NCBI GenBank assembly: GCA_000165345.1
Contig: CM000435.1
Location: 1,214,459-1,278,458, forward strand
Direction: 5' to 3'
DNA length: 64,000 nt
Shown: in pieces, positions 19,954 to 30,400 of the stretch
How the letters are laid out: each line of letters begins with the position of its first letter
Numbering within the stretch: the stretch's first letter is position 1
Notes under the pieces: generated by a model
Told to the model about the DNA's origin: nothing
Seen by the model: the letters and a program-made list of their open reading frames with translations, nothing else
Databases searched by the model: none
Program-made: the position numbers and the translations under genes

Positions 19954-20061
19954 TTTATAACTAGAAAATGAGTATCATCTGCTCAGTTCAATTCATATTT
20001 CTTGAACTTTCATTAAAAAGAAAAACCTTATTGCATGCTTTTTTATAATATTACCAAATTA

Positions 20062-20070
20062 CCCGCCAAA
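20062..20070. promoter_or_regulatory. E2F-like box CCCGCCAAA (reverse complement TTTGGCGGG)
   Basis: Intergenic between the COWP-like gene (minus, ATG 19953) and the WDR44-like gene (plus, ATG 20303). Confidence 0.5.
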
Positions 20071-20206
20071 GCGATTTTTTGATGATACCCCAAAAAGATC
20101 GATAAAGAAAAAAAAATAGGACAAATTATTACGTGAAAAGTGGGAAAAACTTTGATACACATATTTTTGTGTATGAGCCCTAATAGTGAATCAGATATTA
20201 GGTAGC

Positions 20207-20224
20207 AGAGAGAGAGAGAGAGAA
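20207..20224. repeat. (GA)9 microsatellite / GAGA-like box about 80 nt upstream of the WDR44-like gene
   Basis: agagagagagagagagag at 20207-20224 in the intergenic region. Confidence 0.6.
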
Positions 20225-20302
20225 GCAAAATATCTTGGAGTTGGAACAATGTTTTGAAGTTAATGGGATCAGAAAGAAGAACAAAGGTATTTCCGGTTAA
20301 AT

Positions 20303-22975
20303 ATGAATAACGAGATTGAAGTATCCGGAATTTATTCATTACCTGAGATAGATAAGTTAATAGGAGAAAAGGTATTTTTTTCATCGGCTCTACAAAATAG
20401 CCTTTCAAGCAAAAATGAACAAGAATTAAAAATATATAGTTATCTAAATCAAGATTTAAGCGGATCTATCTTAGAGACTGAATCAATTTTAAATAAAGTA
20501 TTTAACACTGATAACTTTTCTATGACGGATTCGTCTATTTTGGAGAAAAATGAAGACAATATAGTCGATGGAATTCATCAAAAAGAAGAGTTAAATAGTC
20601 ATTACGTCTCAGTAGAAAACACTCTGAAAGAGAATCAAAGCATTGAAAACTCTTTGAGTGAATTTCCAGATGAAAAAGGAGTAGCAGCTCAAGATGATTT
20701 AAACGAGAGTTCTGAAGGGAAAAGTAAAATTAATATCAACGAAATGGAGCATTTTATGGATGCTGATGCAAACTCTGTTGGGTCTGAGATGGATTCTCTG
20801 GATGGATATACAACATTTGACTATGGATTTGATGGGAGTGGGATTATTTCTTCTGTGGAAGACTGGGAAAGTGACGATAACTCGGTAGTTTTTAGATATA
20901 ATGAAATGGCCTGGCCAGAAGAAGCCATATTAGAAGGAACAGAAACGGATGCAAATGAGGTTATAGAAAATATATGTGAAGAGGATGACCCAGATAAAGA
21001 TTTAGGCGAAGCTAAATCTGAAGAAGAAATTGTACCTAAAGAAAATACTCCTGAATGCAAGGATTATAATCAAATTTCAGTTAATGAAGAGAATTTTATT
21101 AAAGAATCCGAATTTGTTAGCAGTGAAATCAAAATTGGTGATGTTGAATCTATTGGCAGAAGCGATCAAATAGATAGTGATGAAAGAGATGTTATTTATA
21201 TAAAAAGAAGACCAGGTTCTGAAAGCAGCTTTCATGTTGAAGGAGGGATGATGCACGTACCTTCAGTTGAACAAGAGGTAGTACTGGAAAAAGTTGCGGG
21301 AGAGAGTGCTGAGGCTTCTCCGTCGTCGACAAAATTCAGGAAATGGCTTTCAAGTAACTCAGGAACCTCTAAGATCCATTCATATTTAGGAAATTTTAGA
21401 GGAGAAAATTTCAAGGATGGCTCCGGGATATCTGGTTCAAGTACTTTGAAGAGTTTATTTAAAGTTGGAGGAGTTTTTAGAAGATATGGGTACCTTTCAA
21501 ACTCTTCTTTTAACTCAAATCTTGTTACAAGTTTGGGAAGTATTATTAATCAAGCAGAAAAGAGCAATAGTAGGACATTCAAAGGTGATGATTCTGGCCT
21601 ATCTCATGTAGAAGTCTTAAACGGAGCTCACGAAGCCAGAAGAAACTTGAGACAGCGTACCCTTCCGATGAAGATTTCTACAAAATTTCAAATCAGCAAT
21701 AAGACAAGGAAGGCAAGGGAAAATGATATTGGATCAATTTGGCTGATAAGAGAAATATATTTATCTTTAACACCTCAAATTCTAAAGCTATCAATGAGTA
21801 TTGATGGAGAGTGGTTGATTTTAGGAAGTCAAGATGGTAGTATACGACAATGGAAGTTTAAAGGAGATGAATTTGGAGATTCTGGAATGATTTCGTCATC
21901 AGGCCATCAAATAGAGCCATTCTTTAATGAAAAGGAGGACTTTAATATTCAAGCTCATTCAAATGCAATCATATCTTTGCACTGGGAGAATGATGAAGGA
22001 AGCCATAGGTTTCTCTCAAGCAGTATGGACAGAACTGTGAAGCTTTGGGAGGCAGGCTCTACAGAACCAAATGCTGTAATTAACTGCTCAGATTGGCCGA
22101 CATCTGTTTCTTTCCATCCAATACAAAAAAATATTATTTTTATTGGCTCATTAGATGCATCTGTACAGATTTTGAGACTAATTCCTAACGAAGGTTCCCC
22201 AAATAAATTCCTAACCAAAGTAGTTGAAACGATTAGAGTACAGGATTTATTGACTTCTTTATCTATTTCACCTAATGGTAAATATCTTGCTTGTGGATTT
22301 AAGGATGGGGGAGTTGCATTTTACGATGCTAGAACTTTAAAGTATAGATGTGATGTGGATTGTAGAAATAGAAGAGGAAAATCCTCAAAAGGCAGAAAAG
22401 TTAGTGGTATTTCTTGGAAAAGAGACAATAAAAGTGTTTTAGTAACTACTAATGATAGCAGAGTGAGATTATTTAATTTGAGTGATTTGTCAACATTTGT
22501 TAAATTTAAAGGCCATATAAATGAGGAAACTCTTCTTTCTGCTCAAATTTCTAATGATGAAAAATTCATAGTCTCTGGTTCGGAAAATGGGTACATTTGT
22601 TTGTGGGATCTTCAACCAGATTTTGGAAGATCCATTTTTGGAATCCAATACAATAAAAATAACCTAAATGGCTCGAACTTCCACCCAAATGTTACCAGCA
22701 ACCAAATTTCTTTAAGATATGATAGGATTAACATTAGAAGAGGTCCCACGCAACATTGTGTTGACTCATTCAAGGCATTTGATTCGTCTCTAACCTCGAC
22801 TATACTTGCTCCTCCTGCTTTTTCCAAAAAGATTATTAAATTCTTCAAAATGAACCAAAGAAATTCATTGAATTATCCTTCATTTGGAACCTACATTAAT
22901 GAAAAAAATGCTCAAATATTTATCGCTGTAAACAGAAATGGACAAATCAGAATTTTTATGAACATTCCTAATTAA
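20303..22975 (+). CDS. WDR44/rabphilin-11-like WD40 repeat protein
   Basis: 890 aa with an acidic Ser/Glu/Asp-rich N-terminal half. C-terminal WD repeats closely match WDR44: SSSMDRTVKLWE (SSSMDKTVRLWH), ISPNGKYLACGFKDGGVAFYDARTLKY (CQNGKYAVIGTYDGRCIFYDTEHLKY), LVTTNDSRVRLFNLSDL (LVTSNDSRIRLYDLRDL), IVSGSENGYICLWD (LVSGSEDKYVYIW). Confidence 0.75.
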   Translation: MNNEIEVSGIYSLPEIDKLIGEKVFFSSALQNSLSSKNEQELKIYSYLNQDLSGSILETESILNKVFNTDNFSMTDSSILEKNEDNIVDGIHQKEELNSHYVSVENTLKENQSIENSLSEFPDEKGVAAQDDLNESSEGKSKININEMEHFMDADANSVGSEMDSLDGYTTFDYGFDGSGIISSVEDWESDDNSVVFRYNEMAWPEEAILEGTETDANEVIENICEEDDPDKDLGEAKSEEEIVPKENTPECKDYNQISVNEENFIKESEFVSSEIKIGDVESIGRSDQIDSDERDVIYIKRRPGSESSFHVEGGMMHVPSVEQEVVLEKVAGESAEASPSSTKFRKWLSSNSGTSKIHSYLGNFRGENFKDGSGISGSSTLKSLFKVGGVFRRYGYLSNSSFNSNLVTSLGSIINQAEKSNSRTFKGDDSGLSHVEVLNGAHEARRNLRQRTLPMKISTKFQISNKTRKARENDIGSIWLIREIYLSLTPQILKLSMSIDGEWLILGSQDGSIRQWKFKGDEFGDSGMISSSGHQIEPFFNEKEDFNIQAHSNAIISLHWENDEGSHRFLSSSMDRTVKLWEAGSTEPNAVINCSDWPTSVSFHPIQKNIIFIGSLDASVQILRLIPNEGSPNKFLTKVVETIRVQDLLTSLSISPNGKYLACGFKDGGVAFYDARTLKYRCDVDCRNRRGKSSKGRKVSGISWKRDNKSVLVTTNDSRVRLFNLSDLSTFVKFKGHINEETLLSAQISNDEKFIVSGSENGYICLWDLQPDFGRSIFGIQYNKNNLNGSNFHPNVTSNQISLRYDRINIRRGPTQHCVDSFKAFDSSLTSTILAPPAFSKKIIKFFKMNQRNSLNYPSFGTYINEKNAQIFIAVNRNGQIRIFMNIPN

Positions 22976-23286
22976 AAACAATCTCTTATATTAGGTTATT
23001 CTTCATTTGCACTCTGATAAAAAAAAATTAATATCTTTCAATCTATTCCTAAGATAATAACTCTATCTTTTCATTCAAATACACAATATATTCTCGTCAC
23101 GAAGATACGTATTTCTTTGTTTTTTCTTTATCTAAATAGCATTAAACTTATATGAAGGATAACATAATTCTGTGTTATTCAATAGTAATAAATCAAAGCC
23201 TGAAAGTAATTACATCAATAAAACTCGGGTATTAAATTTAAGACCCTTTCCCGATCAAGGATGAAATATCTAGTATTTACTTTCTT

Positions 23287-24858
23287 TCAAGTAGGAACAA
23301 ATCCAACTAAGTTTACTATTTTTAATTTATTACTTGAATCAAATGATGCATTTAGGCAAATATTTCCCTGAATAAAACGAACATATAATAATAAATTATC
23401 GATAGTGAAATTAGGGTTAGAACATTCAGAAGATCCTTCATTGTTTTCAATAGACAGTATTCTCTCAGCTACTTGCCTGGTTAAACATACATCCTCCAAT
23501 AGTAATTCATCCCACGGCTTTGGTAAAGGTATTGGATAATGAATACCTAGTTCAAGGAGCATTTCATCACTATTTACACTCCTTCTAGAGTTAATTACAA
23601 CAGCTTCAACCCAAATGACTAATTCATCTTCATTTTGTGGGTGATCAATTTCATTTAAACTTTCAGAATTAGTTTGTAATACTGATGGAGCTTCCGATAA
23701 ATTAAATTCATGATTATTATTTATATCAGGATAATAGCTATTTAAACCCTCGAAATTTTCATCTTGATATTCTAAATCCTCTCTAATTTCAATATCAGCA
23801 TAATTTTCAAAGTCAAAATAACCTTGTAAATCGTCTACAATACCGACATCCAATATTTCATTTTCCTTTTCTTCAATGGACTTAGGAAAAATCTCAATAA
23901 CTGAATTAGAATCAGAATTAGAGTTATCTGGTTCTATAAAGCATTCATCTTTGATTTCTAATTTCTCTAATAATAACTCGTCTTCAATCAAAGAGTTGCT
24001 TAAAAAAGAATCTGAATTAACTTGATTCAGTGCTTTTTGGTTTGAAATAACTTTATAGTTCTCTTCAAATATCTGATTATCTTTTTTTTCCTTTAAGCCT
24101 GAATTTGTAATCACAAAGTTTGAGTATGACCTGATATCTAAGATCCCCTCTGGGGTTTTAATTGGTTTCTTAACTAAGTTTTCTGACAAAATAGAGGAGC
24201 TGGAATTGCTTGTAGACTTTTCTCCTATGTTTTCATTGAGCTTTTTAACTCGATCATGAACACTTTGTTCAGCATCTTTATGCATGATAAAAGTAAGCAT
24301 TCCAGGTAATAAAAGCATGACTCCTCTTTTGATTTCAGGCTCACCTGACAAAAGAACCAATATATGGGCGTTGTTATCTCGCTGATTTGAATCTCCATTC
24401 TTTTCAATATGTTCTGTATATTTGCACCAAAAGCTTATGAATTCATCTAATTCAGGCATGTACCTATATTCCATTGCAGAGCATACATTTGTGCCATCTG
24501 TTAAAATGAGTTTCATCATCCTATTCTTAGAAGGAGTAGTTATTGATACTTGCTCCATCTTAGATAAATCTGAGTTAAAATAGAATCGATTTCTAGACTT
24601 AGCCTTGGAAACATCCTCAGCCTCTATTAATTGCAATAAATGAACTCCTTTTAAGTTAATTTTATGCAAAGAATGAATATCCAAAGGTAGACTTCCTTTC
24701 TTAATAATTTTTGATAGGTCCACTGAAAGCAAAAGTTTTAAAAGTTTGTCAGAATAATCATCATAATCCTCTTTAAATGGTTCTAATAGCTTTTCAACCT
24801 CCTCACAAACTTGAATTTGCAAATCCTTCAAAATGTGTTCAATCAAATTTTCACTCAT
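23287..24858 (-). CDS. RMI1-like protein (DUF1767 N-terminal helical domain plus OB fold); long acidic C-terminus
   Basis: The track ORF opens at TTG 24870 and the first ATG is 24858 (MSENLIEHILKDL...). The OB-fold region MMKLILTDGTNVCSAMEYRYMPEL...ILVLLSGEPEIKRGVMLLLPGMLTFI resembles the RMI1 N-OB (LKLQLTDGSQSVRAVEYRPIP...G.LLL). TDRD3-type proteins have the same layout, so this is tentative. Confidence 0.45.
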   Translation of the reverse strand: MSENLIEHILKDLQIQVCEEVEKLLEPFKEDYDDYSDKLLKLLLSVDLSKIIKKGSLPLDIHSLHKINLKGVHLLQLIEAEDVSKAKSRNRFYFNSDLSKMEQVSITTPSKNRMMKLILTDGTNVCSAMEYRYMPELDEFISFWCKYTEHIEKNGDSNQRDNNAHILVLLSGEPEIKRGVMLLLPGMLTFIMHKDAEQSVHDRVKKLNENIGEKSTSNSSSSILSENLVKKPIKTPEGILDIRSYSNFVITNSGLKEKKDNQIFEENYKVISNQKALNQVNSDSFLSNSLIEDELLLEKLEIKDECFIEPDNSNSDSNSVIEIFPKSIEEKENEILDVGIVDDLQGYFDFENYADIEIREDLEYQDENFEGLNSYYPDINNNHEFNLSEAPSVLQTNSESLNEIDHPQNEDELVIWVEAVVINSRRSVNSDEMLLELGIHYPIPLPKPWDELLLEDVCLTRQVAERILSIENNEGSSECSNPNFTIDNLLLYVRFIQGNICLNASFDSSNKLKIVNLVGFVPT

Positions 24859-25004
24859 CAATCTATTCAATGTTCAAATCTCATTTAACAGGAAGAAAAT
24901 GTATTTTGCACATTATAAGTTCATTTGAGCTACTCACTATTATTTCAAACTAATTATTTTTTTCTTTTACATTTGGATCAAATATTGTTTGGTACCGTAC
25001 ATAA

Positions 25005-25015
25005 TTTGGCGGGAA
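25005..25015. promoter_or_regulatory. Canonical E2F box TTTGGCGGGAA in the divergent RMI1-like / hypothetical promoter
   Basis: About 150 nt from ATG 24858 (minus) and about 50 nt from ATG 25063 (plus). Confidence 0.6.
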
Positions 25016-25062
25016 TTGCAATTCCAAAATAATCAACAAAAAAATAAAAGAAAGTTAAGATC

Positions 25063-26808
25063 ATGTTTAAAAAGCTTAATATAAAAGAAAAGGGCTGTGA
25101 TGATGAATCTTTACTCTCTGACAGGTTTCATATTCAGAAACTTCTTTTAGATTTTGATAGGGAAGCATCCATTCATTTAGATGATGACAATACCGAAGAA
25201 CTGCTTATTCAACTTTCTAAGATTTATTCAGAATATGTTATTCCCTTAACTGCAGTTACAATAAATGAAGACCTTGTAAAAAGTTGGAGTTTGTTTAATA
25301 TTTATTTAAAATTAGAATTGTGTGGTGGCTGTATTGAACACTTCATATTAGCATTTCAAATGATTTCTAGTATTATTACCACAAATCCAAATTCTGTATA
25401 TTTATTATTTACTCCATTAAATGAAAGGACTGATATATGCCCAATAAAGTACATATGTTTGATGTTGAGTAATTCTTTTTATGGCTTAGATCCCAAATCA
25501 CCAGAATTTGAAAATTTGTTAACTAGTATTAGTTTTTTACAAACTGATTATATTGGAAACGGAATTGAAGATGAATTTATTAGAAATTTGGAAAATGGCC
25601 AAAAAGATAATTTGAAAGCTATTAAGAATGAAGAAATTGAAAATAAGAAATTCAAATTAGAAGAATTGGCAGTAAATTTAATTATTGAATCTCTAGATTT
25701 ACTTGAGCTAATCCTAAAGTACATAGATGATTTATCATTGATGTATGAAGCAGATTTTAAGCAAACCGAAAATTTTATTATTTGCATTAAAGCTTTAATA
25801 GATACTTACTCCCCTATATTTCAAACAATTCTCTCATCTAAAATGATGTTAAAATTACATGGGAAGGAAACTGATAAGATTAAGGAAACACGAATTATTG
25901 TTTTGAGGATTTTTGAGAGGCTGGCTTTGGTTTTATTTAATACAGGCCTACTTCCTTACTTTCTTGAATCCCTTAATAAAGAAATAGTTAGTAATCAAGG
26001 TACTGTTTTTGAAAGTTTGATGGACATTCTATCTCCAGATTTTCCGAATTGGTACACATTTAAGTACAAAGGGCTGGAAGAATTAAAAAATTTCATTTTT
26101 TCTTTACAACTTCAATTTACTGGATTCTTGTTTTTAAAAACCATATGTAACACTGTAGAAGAGCCATCTTCCGCCGTTAATATGCTCTTAAATGTAAGAA
26201 AGTATCATATACCTTTTGATGAACTCCCTGACTTTATCTCACAATCCAATTATTGGTTTAGCGACATTAAAGACAAAATAAACTTTGATAAAGAAAACAC
26301 TATTTTTGGAAATTTCTCGGAATATGGGAATTCTTTACCAAAATATGTAAACAGTATTTTCTCCAACTTATTCTATAGGGTGGCTGCTGTAGCGTTTCAT
26401 AATGGGCTCAAACTCCAACAGAATATGATCGATTTTTCTCAAATCACTGAAACATTTCATGAAGGTATTATTGGAAGTGAAACTCTGGCTCTAAAAAGAC
26501 TTTACTCTCTTAAGACTGATCTTTTTATTGTTAATATCCAAATTATTACTTTTATAATTTCTTCAATTGTTTCAATTTCTGCAGAAGTTGTTTCCGATGA
26601 TGAATTTATAAAGTCAAATCCTACAGCAGAAGTTATTTCTATTCTTCACTTGTTTTTAGTATGGATCTGCGAGTTCGTATTTGATTACAAATCTAAAATT
26701 CCAATATTCTATCATATTCTTGAGGAAATTAATATTATAAAAATTAGGCTTCCTATACTATATAATGCCTTTAATAATAAAGATTCTACAAATGATAATA
26801 AGATATAG
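25063..26808 (+). CDS. Hypothetical protein
   Basis: 581-aa ATG ORF immediately downstream of a canonical E2F box (TTTGGCGGGAA, 25005-25015). Helical and Leu/Ile-rich. No family recognised. Confidence 0.5.
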   Translation: MFKKLNIKEKGCDDESLLSDRFHIQKLLLDFDREASIHLDDDNTEELLIQLSKIYSEYVIPLTAVTINEDLVKSWSLFNIYLKLELCGGCIEHFILAFQMISSIITTNPNSVYLLFTPLNERTDICPIKYICLMLSNSFYGLDPKSPEFENLLTSISFLQTDYIGNGIEDEFIRNLENGQKDNLKAIKNEEIENKKFKLEELAVNLIIESLDLLELILKYIDDLSLMYEADFKQTENFIICIKALIDTYSPIFQTILSSKMMLKLHGKETDKIKETRIIVLRIFERLALVLFNTGLLPYFLESLNKEIVSNQGTVFESLMDILSPDFPNWYTFKYKGLEELKNFIFSLQLQFTGFLFLKTICNTVEEPSSAVNMLLNVRKYHIPFDELPDFISQSNYWFSDIKDKINFDKENTIFGNFSEYGNSLPKYVNSIFSNLFYRVAAVAFHNGLKLQQNMIDFSQITETFHEGIIGSETLALKRLYSLKTDLFIVNIQIITFIISSIVSISAEVVSDDEFIKSNPTAEVISILHLFLVWICEFVFDYKSKIPIFYHILEEINIIKIRLPILYNAFNNKDSTNDNKI

Positions 26809-27143
26809 TATATTTGAGCTAAATCTAGACAACTATTGATTCATGTGACACAAATGTGAATAGTTATTATTCTCAACAGGGATTAATCTTTCTAGCTCCC
26901 CTATTTCTTAAATTACTATTCTATTTAGGCTACACACTAAATATATTATTTCATATTTAAAATCAAACAAGCCAAACTGAATTGAAAAGTCATTTAGTTT
27001 CGTAGTCAAAGTAATTTTTTTAATTAAATAGACAAATCTTTAGGGTGATAGCTTAGAGAAACTTGTGACATAACTCCCCTTATATCTTGCTTTGGACTTG
27101 TTTAATTTTACTTGGAGGCGGAGATAGGCTCATTCTTCAGAAA

Positions 27144-27158
27144 AATGGCGCGCGCTTG
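27144..27158. promoter_or_regulatory. E2F-like GC box AAATGGCGCGCGCTT upstream of the 3229-aa giant ORF
   Basis: The only GC-rich island in the 600-nt AT-rich gap, about 265 nt upstream of ATG 27422. Confidence 0.45.
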
Positions 27159-27421
27159 AAAATGTTTTTTTTTGTGTTGTATTGATTAAAATACTTTTTG
27201 TTATATATAATAATTAAAAAAATAGAGGAGTTTAAAAACCACAACATAGATAAATTTAATAGATTTAGAGAAACAAAAGTAGCTAATCAACTCATAATTG
27301 ATGTGTCTAAGGTTGAAAACAAAGGCAAAAAATCCGCAGAATTAACACTGAAGAATTTATGACAAAAATTAATTAATTTAGGTGGGAAAAGAAAATAGTG
27401 GCAGGAGCCTTAAGATCAAAG

Positions 27422-30400
27422 ATGGATAGAGACAGATGGATTGGATTACTGAGAAATTGTAACAGATCCCTGCTTTCATTCCAAGTATATGCAAACCACC
27501 AGTATACAGAAAAGGGGAGTACCCAAGAAATAGAAAATCTGGTTCTGAAAGATATTCCTCTAGTTGTTCGTGAGAGGATTGAGAGTTATACAAAAAAAAG
27601 TATTATTCCTCAGAATATTTCTCCTGAGAGTCAAATATTTTCAGAAAAGGATGTAATTAAGACAATTTCAAATTGCTTTCAAGTAGAATCAGAAGAAGCC
27701 TGTCGAATTTTTAGAGGCTTTAACTATTTAAGAGAAGGCGGTTTCATTATAAGATTTACAAATACAGACGACCAATTTTTATCAAAAGAGATCATAAATA
27801 GAAACGGGAATGATCCTGAAGGTAAATATAGTAATGCTGGAACAAACTCTGGAGGAGTTTTGGATTGTTTTTTTTCAGATGTGGACTTAATAAGCAAAAT
27901 ATACGATTTCATATTACAAGAACAGCTTTCTCTACTAGACTCAGTGAAATTCATGTATGAAAATGCAAATTTTGAAAAGGAACATTCAGGCTATGGAGCA
28001 GTTTTAAAGAAGGTTTGTTTTGGAGAAGTCCTCTGGGGAAAAGACCAAGATCAATCAACAAAAGAAGGGATTGGAAAACATTCTTCCTCATTTAATATAC
28101 TAGATGAGCTTTGGAGATGGTATTCTAGGTTAGTTAATGACCAGTTTGTTGATTTTGACAATCCAGAATTGGAAAGAGTTTTTGGAGGTCCTCTATTACA
28201 AGCATATTCTAGACAACTACTCGAGTCTAATCTGTTACACACTATTTTGGTGGTTCTCCAAGCTCATAAAGGGTATATGGGTAGTTTAACTGGTATTCAA
28301 AAGAAACCAGAAACTGAAGTGAGCTCTAACAATAATAATAATAGAATCCCTATTGGGGAATCTCTTTCAAGGTCTTCACCTCTTAACAGATGTAGACTCA
28401 TCATTTCTGAACTCCAGTCAAAATGCTTCCTTGGTAGTCTTTATACTTTATATTCCTCCAACAGTGGAATTGGCATAGGACCACTCACGTTTTGCGATAG
28501 CAGCTTGGCTCACTCCACATCTATGATAGATCAACTCAGACAAACTGCCTCCAATGGAGTACTTTTGGCTAGCTCTCTAATACTTTCATTCTCTCCAAAA
28601 GAGATTACAATTAATAATGAAGATTTGGGCTTTTTAATCAACGTTATAGTAACTTTATTACAGTCAATATGCTCGAATGACTCAGGAGAGGTTTTGTGTG
28701 ATATCCAACAAGAAAAGTATAACTTTTCTACTCCTGCGAGAGCTAAAGCTGATACATTTAGTAGAAATGCTCAGAAACAACTATTTATAAGAGGTAACTT
28801 ACTTTTGGTTCATGCTAAGGTTGTAAAACCCTTATTACCTGCTCTAATATTCAGCTATGCCTCCATAGTTGTACAAACTCCAAATAGAGATTCACTTTTG
28901 GCTCCTATTCTTGAAGCTCCGTCATTCTTTCAATCCTCTGCATTTTCTGATTCTTTGGAAAGTATACTTCATGCTCTCAGTTCTCAACATCCTCTTAAAC
29001 AATATATTTCAGTTTCATTACTTTCAAGCTGCGGATTGGAAAACAAGACAACTCAAAACAAAACTTTAGATTTGGATGATGCTTACTTTTCAGAAGATTT
29101 TAATAGTGACAATAAGAAAAATATCATTCTGGGAGAAGCCTTTGGAACATATTACCAGCATTTGGTTCTTTATAGTATAATTAGAAATACAGTTTCAACA
29201 TTTTCACTCAACTCCTTACCTTTAGTTGCAAGAATTTCGAAACATCTAAGTTTCTTACTCAGAAAAGAGCCTAGACTGGTTTATAGAGAATGTTGGAGAG
29301 GGGACTATTTCAGACAAATTGGAGTCCATTTAATCATTGAATTATTCATGTCATCATTTCCATACGGAATTGTTGAGTTTCTTGATCTCTTAAACAGTCT
29401 TGTTCCTGACTTTAATTCAATTTCAAAATTCAATCAAGCTGACATCGATATGGCCAAGCAATCATTCAAACTTTTTATGACTTTTTTGAGAACTCCAATT
29501 AGAAATATTTCCTTTCCTCCATACCTTTCCTCTCTTGGGTTATCTCCTATTCCTGTTAATAATTGGAATCCGGATTCAATAAAAAATGATTCTGAATTCC
29601 CTGAGCTTCCTCTACATTTACAAGTATCACGCTTAGAGACACCAGATTTGGCTCTTGGAGCATCCTTTTCTCAGGCATCCTTGGCAGGAACGCTTGAAGG
29701 ATGCTTGTTGGACTTTTTAGAAATCAAACTCAACGATGTAACTCCGCTCTCTGCTGGATTTCCGAATGCAAGAAAATGTCTCACACCACTTAGAGTACTT
29801 CCTATTGGAGTTGCTCAGTCAGTTCCTTTAAAGTCGCTTTTAATCGAAAACTCAGAAACTAGTTTTTCTTCACCTCTTTGGTCAAATTCTCCCTATGGAA
29901 CTTCTTATGACTTTCCTGAAGTTGAAATGCCACCATATTACCACATTTACAATTCTAGAAGCAAGTTAGAAGAAAGCAAAAAGGTAAGAAGTTCCGATCT
30001 TCTTGATATTAATAAGCTTAGACTTCCTTCTGAACTTAATAATAACTCAACAGAAATTAGGCTTGGAGATTTGGACCCTTTCACAATAAAATTCTGTTGT
30101 AAAAATATTCAAAATCCTGATTCTTTGCCATCGCTTCTCAAAATTTTGTTGTTGATCTGGGAATCTATTGGCCTTTCATTGTCACAGTTTGGCGGAAACT
30201 TGATAAAACAACATATTGAAATGCTGGTTTCACTTAGCGAACTTATATATAGACTTGCATCATTCCACCCTTCAATTATATTTGTTCTTGATCAGGAAAT
30301 CTTCTCATGGAATGCACTAATTCCGAATGCTACCCAACAAGGATTAAAAGCTTCCACTAGATTTGGGCTTTTACCAATCAAAACTATACAAATGCTGAAG

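Noticed and set aside
20062-20224. CCCGCCAAA plus (GA)9 as a single composite cis-regulatory module
   Set aside because: Co-occurrence was seen only once in the window. They are reported as separate features rather than as a composite element.
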